NCBI RefSeq assembly: GCF_006345805.1
Contig: NW_021835177.1
Span: 1 to 44,819 of the forward strand
Length of the DNA stretch: 44,819 nucleotides
Direction of reading: 5' to 3'
DNA from: Octopus sinensis
Lineage: Eukaryota
The translations under genes were made by a program, and so were the position numbers. Position 1 is the stretch's first letter. Every line of letters begins with the position of its first letter. The notes beneath the pieces are model-generated. The model searched no databases. It was not told where the DNA came from and was given only the letters and a program-made list of their open reading frames with translations. Below are positions 12,321 to 25,072 of this stretch, piece after piece.

Positions 12321-12987
12321 GATGATCCCTTCTAGACCGGCTTCGGGGTCATGGAACACACATATTTTGTACTCCCTTCCCATGCATCCCAATTTGAGTT
12401 GGGTGGAGACAGAAAAATATTTCCCAAATGGACTCCTTCATCCAAGATCCGGACGCAAATGTTGTTATCCCTCTCGATGAATGACGCGTTATGGCTATTC
12501 CTTCGAGCCCTTTGCATATTGTAGCTATGATGGCCTGATTCGCGCCAAACATTAAGCTGATATTTGTAATTGACCAATCCAGTACCAAGAATGATAATAT
12601 GGCTACATGTCTAAAAATGACTTTATCATTATTACGGTCACAAATATATATATATACTCACATCCAAGTTCAACACAAAAACAAACATCCTTTCATAAGG
12701 GAGACAAATACACTTTCTGATATTCTGAGATTAATCTCTCAATTCGTTGACATCAACGTCAACAACAGGCTCAATAGACAAATGACTAATTTTCTTCGTT
12801 TAAAATTTATTCTTAGCGAATCATTTACTTCTTTCATTCATTTTGATTTCATTCATTCACTCATTCTTTTTCTCTTAAATTCTAAATTTCTCTCCTCTCT
12901 ATCAATTCCTTCCAAGCCAACAACTTCCTTTGTATAGGATTCAAGAATTCTTTCTTTTAAACTAAATGTTTCATTTTAATTTCACAG

Positions 12988-13062
12988 AACCCGGTCTCGG
13001 ATCATTGTATACTCGGTGGGGCAGAACTACTTGTCCTACTAATTCAAGCCTTGTATATGACG
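12988..13062 (+). CDS. Exon 3 of gene A (PGLGSLYTRWGRTTCPTNSSLVYDG)
   Basis: ttttaatttcacag / gttagt, 75 nt, phase 1 to 1; YxRWGRTTCP motif of short-chain collagen C4-like proteins. Confidence 0.85.
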
Positions 13063-13779
13063 GTTAGTATAAACTATACTTCTGTTCTCTCTTTCTCTCT
13101 TTATCTTTCTCTTCTTCTCTTTTTATTCCTTCATTTTCTCTTCTTCGTCTCTCCCTCCCCGTCACTCTCACGCACACGCCCACACACTCAAGCAAATCAT
13201 TTGATGACATATCACGTTTGAAACGATATATAGAGTCTGCACAAGACTGCTTACTCCTTTGTAGGTATTTGGTCAAATCAGAATTTTAAATGTTGTCTAC
13301 TACGGACCAAGTGAAAAGGCGGTTGTCTAACTACAGAATATAGATATCTCTACGTTAAGTTATAGATAGGACTAGACGGGAATCCAGTATAGCGATCAAG
13401 GACTCCTGGCTGACTTGTATGGAGTGTAGATATCAAATACCGAGGCTGCTGACTGGTGATCAAATATACTGGCTACGGATGGTGGTATTGTACGTGAGTG
13501 ACATGAGCTGAAAAGTGGCCACTTGACTATCTTTAACTAGAGTGCCCAATGATCGTAGGTGTGGGCTAAATTGAATAGAGTCTATTAGAATTGATGACAG
13601 TGACTGTAAATGGTTAATGGAATGAAAGCACAATGTAGAATGAGGACTGGACAAGCCACATACTGTAAATGATGGAAAAAGCTAAGGACTTTATTCATTA
13701 AGTAAAATATAGAGAGACTAAATATTAGTGAGAGAACACAACAGAGTACAGAATGCACTTCTATTCTTCTCCGCCTCAC

Positions 13780-14350
13780 CGAAATCGTCCTATCGCTAAA
13801 ACCTTGCTCTTTTCATGCACCACATCACCTCATTAATTATCCAGTATATCTTTGTAAGGTAATTCCGAAACTTCCAATTCAAAACTGCTGCTACAAACTG
13901 CGTCCCCAATCAACCTTACGTTCCTTAAAAATGCTCTGTATCTGCTCTTTATAAACCCTACACGTATCCTTTTTCGGTCGCCCACTTCGCCGTCCATTCA
14001 TCTTAAGCACTAAGCCATCACTGAACCTCACAATTTTTCCTCCCACCTCGTTTCTGTGTATTGCATGAAAAAAAGTCTGTGTGATCATAACGTCTATGTA
14101 AGCCTGATTTTCGAGTCTAAACGAGAGGTTTAGCCACTGAATCTCGTATGATCGACTAAACAACATTTCATCGACGGTTACCCACCACTTCTCTGCATCT
14201 CGTCGTCTCCCGTATTGTCCTACTCAAACCTCCTACAATTTCCACCACCCAAAATATCCCGTTCACACGTGAACATCTTTTCCATTTCGGATAAACACGA
14301 GTGCATGGGTTTCTTTTTCTCCATCTATTGACATCCACCGAAAAACACCT
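13780..14350 (-). mobile_element. Old 3' fragment of an RTE-like LINE in intron 3 of A
   Basis: ORF 13891-14166 has VLKMNGRRSGRPKK, resembling the RTE C-terminal GRRxRGRPK motif; degraded. Confidence 0.5.
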
Positions 14351-14434
14351 ACCCCATGCAAACATAAATAATAATCCGAGTCGTAACCACAAATACTTAC
14401 CCGTATACATACAACATATATATACATATATATA

Positions 14435-14848
14435 GGCGCAGGAGTGGCTGTGTGGTAAGTAGCTTGCTTACCAACCACATGGTTCTGGGTTCAGTCCCAC
14501 TGCGTGGCATCTTGGGCAAGTGTCTTCTGCTTTAGCCTCGGGCCGCCCAATGCCTTGTGAGTGGATTTGATAGACGGAAAGTGAAAGAAGCCTGTGGAAT
14601 ATAAGTATATATACATATATGTATGTGCGTGTATATGTTTGTGTGTCTGTGTTTGTCCCCCCCACCATCGCTTGACAACCGATTCTGGTGTGTTTACGTC
14701 CCCGTCACTTAGCCGTTCGGCAAAAAGAGATCGATAGAATAAGTACTGGGCTCACAAAGAATAAGTCCCGGGGTCGATATGCTCGACTAAAGGCGGTGCT
14801 CCAGAATGGCCGCTGTCAAATGACTGAAACAAGTAAAAGAAAAAAAGG
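14435..14848 (+). mobile_element. tRNA-derived octopus-type SINE
   Basis: A-box-like GTGGCTGTGTGG, B-box-like GGTTCAGTCC, recognisable tail ending CAAATGACTGAAACAAGTAAAAGA. Within (TA)n; absent from the matching site in gene B. Confidence 0.8.
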
Positions 14849-14849
14849 G

Positions 14850-14883
<34 letters not shown>

Positions 14884-15081
14884 TGGTGAGAAGTTAAATG
14901 TACAGCCACGATTCAGCAACAACAGCTTACGCTAACATATACATAACATATACACCACAATTCGTTCACACGTGACTAAACATAACTTCTTTTAAGTGAA
15001 AAATTGTAATGAATGTTTCCGTTATTTCATATATAATTTTGCTTGATATCTTTTTACTTGATTTATTCTTACCAATTCTAG

Positions 15082-15579
15082 GTGGCTGGTGGACAACATT
15101 ATTCCCATACTGGTGGCGGAAGTAATCTCTTATGTCTACCCAACGATCCCATTTGGGCCAATTATACTACAGAAGTTGAAAAAGGTGGTTACATTTTTGG
15201 CAGTGAATATCGACTACAGTCATACGACACCAATACCATCTTTTCTTTTGCTAACGCTAAATCACTTCATGATCACAACGTTCCGTGCGCTGTCTGTTTG
15301 ACACGACAACCTGCTGTTGTTATGATGTTACCAGCCAGAACACAGTGTTACGCTGGTTGGACAGCTGAGTATTCAGGATATTTGATGACCGCGCATTATA
15401 ATAGTAAGGGCAGACATGAATATGTGTGTGTGGATTATGCACCAGAAGCTGATCCAGCGGGTTACCGAAACGAAAATGGAGCTACTTTATATTTCGTTGA
15501 GGCTGCTTGTGGTTCATTGCCATGTCCACCGTATGTCCATGGTCAAGAATTAACCTGCGTTGTGTGCAGTAAATATTGA
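15082..15579 (+). CDS. Exon 4 of gene A, short-chain collagen C4-like (NC1-related) domain, ends CSKY*
   Basis: Open 165-codon frame with GGGSNLLCLP, HDHNVPCAVC, CYAGWTAEYSGYLM, CVDxAPE and CGSLPCPPY...ELTCVVCSK. The ctag acceptor is 2 nt out of phase with exon 3 as read. Confidence 0.88.
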   Translation: MAGGQHYSHTGGGSNLLCLPNDPIWANYTTEVEKGGYIFGSEYRLQSYDTNTIFSFANAKSLHDHNVPCAVCLTRQPAVVMMLPARTQCYAGWTAEYSGYLMTAHYNSKGRHEYVCVDYAPEADPAGYRNENGATLYFVEAACGSLPCPPYVHGQELTCVVCSKY

Positions 15580-17072
15580 ATAGAAATTAAATTCGGTTCC
15601 ATATGAAAATATGTCTGTGAATTACAAGAAATAACATAAAATTTCAATTGTTTTACCTAATATTTTCTTAAGTATGTCTATCGTTACAATAAACTGTTGT
15701 ACTAGTTTACAGAAGATATTCAAACAATACAAAAGAGGCGAAAGAATGCCAGAAATATCCTCAAGAACAAGAAAATTCTAAATCTGTCGAATTGATTCTA
15801 GAAAACATTTTGTAAGATTTCAGTTTATCAAACTTATCGTTGAAATAAAATGTTATTTTGTTTAACAGTATTTTGTCTTCTGTCTCATGATTCAACAAAC
15901 CCCAAATAAAGTACCACCATAGAATTATATCAGCTTTTCATGCCCAGCCTTAGAAAATCTAATACTCGACGCTACTATCTCAGACATCTTGGTTTTCAAA
16001 TTACAACTCGGATTCTGACAAGGAGCCATGAACCGCTACATTACTTAGCACAGAACTTAACTGATTCTTTCAACAACAACCAGATAACCACACAATCCAT
16101 TCTATTTGCCGTTATTTATCAGGAAAGCTTTCCGTTCCATTCCTACCCCATATCTTATAAAACCTATTTATTGTCTACTTTAGAAATATCACAAAATGTT
16201 CAATTTAAGCTTTCTGAGAATGTGGAATTTACACGATCAATCCTTCAAAAGACAGTTATAAATGAGTATTGGTCCTGCCAACCTAAATCTATATCACAAA
16301 ATTCCGACCTCTCCACAAAATAAGATACAAAATGAAACTCGATGCACACAACATACACATCATATACTAAACGCTGATATAGAAGAATAAGAAATGAAAT
16401 CAACCAGAAAAATTGCCTCATTTCAGCAGCAGAGAACATCAAATACGACGATTTCTTTCACTCATCTACGTAAACATACCAGAACCGAAGAAAGGATGGA
16501 TCCTAGAAGCTGAATACATTTCATGCGAAACGAATACAACACCCATAAAAGTGAGAGTAAAGAGAGCAAATATAGTCAGGGCAAGCACGGATGCTGTGTG
16601 TAAGAAGGCTGAGATGTTGTGACCGTCACGTTATATCCAATAGATTCATGACGGTATGTTGGAGTGTGTCGAATATTTTAGATAAACGAAGGTTTCGGTT
16701 AACAGCATCCAGCTGCAATAAAGATTAAAGATTATTAATGTTTACTATCCCACTATTATTAGTCTGATGGGTAAATCTGCATCCGCTTCTCTAGATTCTC
16801 AGATATTTTCCTGGTTGTAAATCGTAAACAATTGCAGAGAATACGGACGCTGGTAGATCTTCAAATTCATCTTTTGATTCAGCGGCATAATTAGACAGTT
16901 AAAACGACCGCCATGTGTTTAAGCTGTACAGAGCATGCGCAGCTGCATATGCAACCCGCCATTACGATAGGAAAAATTAGGGACTTTGTTGAAATCTGAC
17001 ATGGCTGTAAGATTTATTTTGTAGTTATTTCAAATTAACCTTATTTCGAGGGCCAAACCGAGGGTGTTTACA

Positions 17073-17103
<31 letters not shown>

Positions 17104-18085
17104 CCACACACACCACACACACACACACACAACACACACATACACACACCACACACATATATATATTAATTGGTCAAACTATATCTGAGGGGTCTAATAT
17201 GATCATCTAAGAAAATTTAATCATAACTATGGAATTCCGTCGTACATATGCAGTCCATACAGAAGGTGCACTTGCGAATTGAGTTTCACATGGGAGACAC
17301 TGTACCTGTATGTTTTGCTATGATTTATAAAACAAGAAGAAAAGTATTCAAAGCTAGTGATAATGACTAGCTAAAAATATGTATGAATGTCATTATTCGG
17401 TTTTAATAGAATATTTCTGGCAACAGAAAGAGAGACGGCTTCTAACTTAGTTCCAAGTATCTTTCATTGGAATTTCAAGAACATGAACAGGATATTTTTG
17501 TATGTATGTGTGTATGTATGTATGTATGTATGTATATATGTCAGGTAGATTTTCGAGTGCTACTGGTAACATGTAACCCAGTACAACCTGTTGCATTGTC
17601 GGGTCGTCGACGACTAAACCGGCAACCCCGCCAGGCTTGCTTGGTGAGGAGGAAGTTCATTGGACACCCTGCTGGTGATGAAAACAAAACCTGTCAAAGA
17701 GCGGAGGAACTCTTGAGAGTCAACGGCCATCCAATAATGTCTTAAGGCTGTATCATGCGCGGGGACATAGAAATAATCGACTGAATACCAGATCGCGCGG
17801 TTTAACCCATTGGGAGTGGACTCTAGACTTTGTTAGGGCATCCTTCTAGAAGGTAACTCAGGTAACTGGGATGACTCCGATATAAATGCGGCTCAGTGGT
17901 TACCGATGATGTTGACTTGTTCTTCTTTTCGGATAATGGCTGCTGTTGCTTAGTGACTGGGATTGACACAGTGCACAGCCTTTCCTCACTATAAAAAAAA
18001 TCTTCATGCACAGGCATTGCAAGATAACAACTTTGATTACGCATCGTGCAATGCCCATACTCTATAACGAGGGGGCAGCCACCAA

Positions 18086-19552
18086 GTATGTATGCATGTA
18101 TGTATGGATGGATGGATAGATGTAAGTATGTATGCATGTATGTATGGATGTAAGTATGTATGCATGTATGTATATATGTATGTATTGATATATACATACT
18201 TACATTCAAACATTCATGCATGTATACATGTATACATAGATACATGTATGTATAAATATATGCATACATGTATGTATGTATGTATGTATGAAAGTATATA
18301 TGTATGTATGATTGTGTGTGTATGTATGTATGTTGTATGTATGTATGTGTGTATGTATGTGTGTAGTATGTATGTATATATTGGTGTGTATGTAAGTCTA
18401 TATGTATGTATGGGGGTATGTATGTATGTATATATGTATGTATATACGTGAGGTTATATGTAGCATGTATGTATGTGGTATGTATGGATGGATAGATGGA
18501 TGTAAGTATGTAGCATATATGTATGGATGTAAGTATGTATGCATGTATGTATATATGTATGTATGTGTATATGTGTCTATTGATATATACATACTTACAT
18601 TCAAACATACATGCATGTATACATGTATACATACATACAAGTATGTATAAATATATGCATACATGTATGTATGTATGTATGTATGAAAGTATATATGTAT
18701 GTATGATTGTGTGTGTATGTATGTATGTTTGTATGTATGTATGTGTGTATGTATGTGTGTATGTATGTATATATATGTGTGTGTATGTAAGTATATATGT
18801 ATGTATGGGGGTATGTATGTATGTATATATGTATGTATATACGTGAGTGTGTATGTATGCATGTATGTATGTATGTGTGTATGTATGTATGTATGTATGT
18901 ATGTATGTATGTATGGTGTATGTATGTACGTATGTGTGTATGTATCTATATATTGTGTGCATCTATGTATATAGGTTGTATGGGGGTATGTATGTATGTT
19001 ATATGTATGTATATACATGAGTGTTGTATGTATGCATGTATGCTGTATGTATGTATGTGTGTATGTATGTACGTATGTGTGTATGTATATATATATGTAT
19101 GTGCATCTAAGTATATATGTATGTATGGGGGTATGTATGTATGTATATATGTATGTATATACATGAGTGTGTATGTATGCATGTATGTATGTATGTATGT
19201 GTGTATGTATGTACGTATGTGTGTATGTATATATATATGTGTGTGCATCTAAGTATATATGTATGTATGGGGGTATGTATGTATGTATATATGTATGTAT
19301 ATACATGAGTGTCTATGTATGCATGTATGTATGTATGTATGTGTGTATGTATGTACGTATGTGTGTATGTATATATATATGTGTGTGCATCTAAGTATAT
19401 ATGTATGTATGGGGGTATGTATGTATGTATATATGTATGTATATACATGAGTGTGTATGTATGCATGTATGTATGTATGTATGTATGTATGTATGTATGT
19501 ATGTATGTATGTATGTTATGCATGTATGCATGTATGTATGTATGTATGTATG
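18086..19552. repeat. (TATG)n/(TG)n compound satellite with 142-bp higher-order unit
   Basis: TGGGGGTATG recurs at 19126, 19268 and 19410; an internal ~400-bp duplication lies in 18090-18815. Confidence 0.9.
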
Positions 19553-19729
19553 TAGGGGTGGTGGGATTGGTAGGTTTTGAATTTGATATTCCCATAAAAC
19601 TTTTCTAATCCGATTAACGCTTTTGTGAAGAATCCAATCCGAACAGCGGACTTCATTAGATTAAGTCTTGCGATTACTGTGTGGGTTGAACGAATATTCC
19701 CACACTGAATATTAAAACAGTTGTGAGCG

Positions 19730-20060
19730 TGTTGTGTGTGTGTGTGTGTGTCGGTGTGTGTCAGCGAGTGTGTGTGTGTGTGTCAGTGTGTGTGTGTCAA
19801 TACGTATGTGTGTGCGTCAGTGTGTGTGTGTGTGTGTGTGTGTAACAAATTGGATCTGTGTGTGCGTGTCAGTGTGTGTTGTTGTGTGTGGGTGTGTGTG
19901 TTGGTGTGGTGTATGTCAGTGTGTGTATGTGTGTATGAGTGTGTTTGCGTGTGTGTGTCTGTGTGTGTGTGTTTGGTGTTTGTGTCAGTGTGTGCTTGTG
20001 TGTGGTGTGTGTGTGTGTGTGTGTGTGTCAGTGTGTGTCAGTGTGTGTGTGAATGTGTCT
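19730..20060. repeat. (GT)n/(GTCAGT) compound microsatellite upstream of gene B
   Basis: Direct reading; counterpart at 31440-31930. Confidence 0.9.
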
Positions 20061-20469
20061 GTGTATTTGTTGGTTGAAACGAAATACTTCCACACTGAAT
20101 ATTAAAACAGTTTCCCAGGAATAACAAATAAATTAAATAACAACATTAGTAAATAAATATATCATAATATATCCAGAACAGGAATCATTTCACTTTACAC
20201 GTGTCTCTCATTCATCAAATTTTTGCTATTATTGTGTGACATATCAAACCATCTCTTTCCAATAATTAAACTGTCAACAAGTTCACACCCGCTTTACAGT
20301 TCCACCAATCGCATTGGTTCATAAACTTACGATAAGATCTATGCCAGATCTGGGTTGTTGTTCGCTCAATAAATACGTGGAATTCAGTACGGTCTTCAGC
20401 TTAACCTCGCATCTCGATCTTTTGTTGAAGTCACACGAAGTATCACGTACGACCGACACTGTCACCAGA

Positions 20470-20613
20470 ATGGATTTCGCACAACTGTCCAGGAATATTT
20501 CGCAGCGTTATTCCATTTCTTCTCTCATAGCTTTTGGGGTTCTTCTCGTTCTGACGATCGTGATTCTTCATCAAGATTCAAGAATAGGAAAAATGAAAGA
20601 GAAATCGAAAACG
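20470..20613 (+). CDS. Exon 1 of gene B (48 aa, signal anchor / TM)
   Basis: ATG 20470, MDFAQLSRNISQRYSISSLIAFGVLLVLTIVILHQDSRIGKMKEKSKT, ACG|gtaagt donor phase 0. Three nt differ from gene C exon 1. Confidence 0.78.
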
Positions 20614-21095
20614 GTAAGTCATGGATTTTGTGTTAATATATGTATGTCTTTATGTATTTATTATGCATGTATGTATGTATGCATTTACGTATGTATGTAT
20701 TAATATGTGGATGTATGTATGTACCGATGGATGGATGGATGTAAGGATGTATGCATGAATCACTTACATATGTTCCTATGGAGCACACACACACACATAA
20801 GATCACACACGTAATCACACACGAACACACAGGCGCACACACCTAAATATACATATATACATATACGTATATAATTGTATATATAATATACATATATATA
20901 TGTATATATAAATATACATATATATGATATATTAGTGCCTGAACATATATGGATATATATATACAAACAAATATATGCGTGTGTGTATTATCACTGTATC
21001 TCTCTGTCTTTCCCTCTCTCTCTCTATTTATCTATATATATATATGTAGTGTGTGGTGTGTGTGTGTTGTGGGTGTGTGTTTGTATATAAATATA

Positions 21096-21290
21096 TTCTT
21101 TTAACCGTTCAGTCATTTGACTGCGGCCATGCTAGGGCACTGCGTTCAGTAGAACAAATCGACTTCAGGAATTATTCCTTGTAAGCCTATTGCTCATTCT
21201 ATCGGTATCTCTAGACGATCGCTGATTTAACGGGGACGTAAACACACCGACATCAGTTGAGAATCGATAGCGGTGCGACAATAACAGACA
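21096..21290 (-). mobile_element. 3' tail fragment of the octopus-type SINE
   Basis: Reverse complement matches 14680-14830; counterpart at 35011-35210. Confidence 0.7.
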
Positions 21291-21447
21291 CATACATAAA
21301 ACATAGATACATACACACTATGTGTGGTATACACACACACACGCCACACACACAATCAATATATATATATATATACATATCATATATACATACACACATA
21401 TATAGTTACGTATGTATGTACATACATATCTATCTATCTATCTTATA

Positions 21448-21518
<71 letters not shown>

Positions 21519-21537
21519 GTATATCTATCTATCTATC

Positions 21538-21582
<45 letters not shown>

Positions 21583-22451
21583 ATATATATATATCTGTCA
21601 GATATGATGTAATCGTATATTCTATTTCTATTTCCATGTCTAGTTATATTTGCAATATATTATGTTAATATGTCATTGCTGTTATGTAATGGTTTAATAA
21701 AGTATTGATTGGGTATTATCTGATGGTTGATGATTGATTTAGATATGTTTCTCCATTTGCACCTATATATATTATATCTATATATACATACATATACACA
21801 CATCCCAAGGAAACACCAAAGAAGGGTGTATTTGTACTCCTGTCCGATCGCTCTTTCACCAGACTTAATCCTGGAGAGGGAAATAAGTGCGTAACGGAAA
21901 AATTTAACGGTGGGGTTCTAGCATGGCCATGCCCTGTCGCTGCAAACGTTTAGCCCTGTAATATTAGTGTTAAGTATTATATCAAGATGTACACTTACAC
22001 ACACGCACAGAAACAGACACATACAAACACACACACACGCACACATAGGAATACGTACATATTTACACACATTTATCTATTCTCTCCATCAGGAACGGAA
22101 GTGAGGCGAGTTTTTTTTAATCTTTTCTTTCCAACTGAAAATAAAACGTGCGAGTGCCAATGTAGATCGGTGTTTCGTAATGTTTGACTGTAATTCACGT
22201 TGGTTTTATATATGACAATATGTAAGAACGAATGTAAATACATACACACAGACACCGGACAAACACCCGCACAAATAAACACAAACACACACACATACGC
22301 ACGCACACAGACACACGTGCTCAATTGTACACGAACAATGACACTATACAGTGTATGTCCACTCACATATATGTGTTTGTTAGTGTGTGTGTATGCGTAT
22401 AAGTAGATACGTATATTGTGATATTTACGTGTATACCTATATATTGATATG

Positions 22452-22510
<59 letters not shown>

Positions 22511-22512
<2 letters not shown>

Positions 22513-22567
22513 GAGCTTCCTGATGATTTCTTTTGAATGAAACAGTTCTAGTCCTGTAGAAGCTCCT
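22511..22567 (+). ncRNA. Type I hammerhead ribozyme (GUA cleavage after 22558) in a ~140-bp insert within (TA)n
   Basis: 9-bp stem I AGGAGCTTC/GAAGCTCCT, core CTGATGA 22520-22526, stem II TTC-TTTT-GAA (U.U at base), GAAA 22539-22542, stem III ACAG/CTGT with 8-nt loop. Confidence 0.88.
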
Positions 22568-22651
22568 TCTATAAAATAAATTAATTTATTCTGCTATGTA
22601 TTGAGTACCTTATTTACTGTGGTTAACCCCGAAACCCCGGGACCTACATAT

Positions 22652-22722
<71 letters not shown>

Positions 22723-22739
22723 GTATAATATGTCTGTGT

Positions 22740-22975
22740 GGAGGCGCAGTGGCCCAAGGGTTAGGGCAGCGGTCTCATGGTTGCCGGATCGCGGTTTCGA
22801 TTCCCAGACTGGGCGTCGTGAGTGTTTAATGCTGCACGAAGCTCAGTGAGTTGGGTTGTTGTGATCACTCTTCTTCTGTTGGCCCGCTCGCTTAGCCAGC
22901 AGGGTGGCGTCATTTGAAGGTTAAAACAATGCGAAGCGCATTGTGACCAGCGATATGTAGCAACAACTGATAGCC
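22740..22975 (+). mobile_element. tRNA-derived SINE (second family)
   Basis: GCAGTGGCCCAAGGG A-box-like, GGTTTCGATTCCC B-box; counterpart at 37125-37395 and a short inverted copy at ~35785-35840. Confidence 0.75.
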
Positions 22976-24131
22976 TACTCTGTAACGGTGATCACGGAGA
23001 TATATGTATCTATATATGCACACAATACACGCACACACACACGCATCCACACGTACATACACACATACCAGCACAGATGCCCACATATACCTTTAACGAA
23101 CAATACTCATACAGATACGCACACACTTATACACACGTACATAAGCGCGCACACGCACACAAGCACACGCACGCACGTTACGCCCACACAACTCCAACTC
23201 CCCCCACACACACACACACGCATATACAAATTCACATACACATCGATACATATACATCCACACAATATATGCCTACACGCGCACACACACATACACATAC
23301 GTATACACATATAGACACAGACACACACACACGCACGCAAAAACATGCGCACACATAAGCACGCACACACGCACACGAATGCACACATCGAAAACTCACA
23401 ACCCCATGGATACAGGTATATACACCTATATACGCTTACTCACACACATACAAACGCACATGTACACGCACACACAGCTACATGAACATGTGAGACGCAC
23501 GCACATACATACACACACACACAAACGCACAGTTATTCGCCACACACCCAAAACTCTACGCATACACACACAAACACACATGTGTCATCATTGCACACAT
23601 ACACACATACACACACGCACACATACAGAAAGTAAAGCACAGTTATTCGCCCAAACCACCCCTAACTCTACGCCTACACACACGAACACACACACATGCA
23701 TACACACTACAAACAATACACACACACGATACATATACATACACACACACACACATACTTCAAACTAGCAGTACCTATTACTTGACCTGTGGTAGAGACA
23801 AAGGGAGCCACGCCCAAATCCTTCTTCCTTGACCTTAACACTACTAACCCTACAACACGCAAAGTTTAACAGCCACAACCACACACACACACACACACAT
23901 GCACACACACACACACGTGTCATCATTGCACACATACGCACATACACACACACGGACATGCAGACCTACGATCACGCACATATCCACACTTACACACACA
24001 CATCCCTCCTCCTTCTACCACTCTCCTGCCTTTGAAAGAACTTTCTTCCCCAATTTTCTTCGGTCATTCAAAATGTGGACGGCGTGGTGTACCGTTGGCG
24101 ATTTTTTTTTCCTCTGTCTTCCTCCTCGTAT

Positions 24132-24165
24132 GTTTCCGACGAAGAGCTCCGCTCGAACGTTAAAC
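24132..24165 (+). ncRNA. Minimal hammerhead-like motif (Penelope type), GAAA one A short as read
   Basis: GTTT CCGACGA A GAG-ctccg-CTC GAA C GTT AAAC; paralog of 38553-38587. Confidence 0.4.
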
Positions 24166-24376
24166 CCTCCTCCTTTCCTTCTTCCTAAGCGTCAAATAAT
24201 ACTATATTTGTTCCACGTCCTCGCATTGTTGTGTTTTTTAGTGCTTTCTTGTTTAGATAAATTTAACTATAAATATACATGTGTGAGTGTGTATATATAT
24301 ATATGTGTAGAAATGTGTGTGTGTATATGTTGTGTGGGTGTGTGTGGTGGTGTATGTGTGCGTGTGTGTGTGTATA

Positions 24377-25050
24377 CTTGAAGACATACCCGGTATTGCT
24401 GGGGATAAAAACGGGAAAGGGTATATAATATATTGCAGTCATTTTGAAACAGGTGATATGGGAAAGTGCAACATTGACAACAAAACATTTGTAGAGTAAA
24501 TGCTGGGCTAATTCGACTAAGCAACATGCTATGCGTCCGTTTGGAGTGTTTCAGGCCCTAACCTGTCATGCAAAATTGGAGGTGGGGTTTGTGTGATTTT
24601 TGAACGTACCGAAAAGCTGTCAGTGGATATACTCTCCGTTGCAGCAGTGTGCGCTGTGTCTAACACGGCCCATCACCGGAAATTTTGACACTTCACGTCG
24701 GGTTTGTTGTCCTACATCACTCATAGATTAAATTTGGAAGAACTGTGGTTGTTCATTTGCGGGTACCAGGGAACCAATGAGGGGATAGACTTGCCCTTGA
24801 ACTTTGACGTCGGCGTAAATTCATGTTTATCTATCTTCTTAGATTCACCAAACGATGTCATTTGAAATGCAGAGTTGTATTGTCTGATATTGTTCAAGAA
24901 GTCGTTTGACTAAATTGAAGCGCCTTCTAGAAGATCCTAAGGGTTGACATGGTAGTGTTGGCAATGATACCTGTCCGAATATGTTGTATCTATTGCATTG
25001 TTTTAAGTTCGAAACGATAATAAATATATCCTGAAGTTCTATTTATATGA
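24377..25050 (-). mobile_element. Helitron remnant (copy B)
   Basis: Collinear with 849-1525; terminal CTAG mutated to CAAG. Confidence 0.72.
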
Positions 25051-25072
25051 TGCTATTTCTATTTTTTCACAG

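Noticed and set aside
14435-14510. tRNA-like A/B boxes (also 22740 and 37125) as tRNA genes
   Set aside because: No full cloverleaf, and each continues into a SINE body.
17545-18085. GC-richer block that might be a LINE 5' UTR or coding fragment (similar unexplained blocks at 9550-10170 and 30790-31430)
   Set aside because: No recognisable protein motif or termini; left unclassified.
17823-19608. Long ORFs (379, 302, 162 aa and others) rich in H/T/Y/I or M/C/V/Y
   Set aside because: Translations of stop-free (CATA)n/(TATG)n satellite; no domain or splice context.
20365-20400. AATAAATA / TCAG as TATA + initiator for genes B and C
   Set aside because: Weak match in AT-rich DNA; conservation in B and C only reflects recent duplication. 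Needs TSS data.
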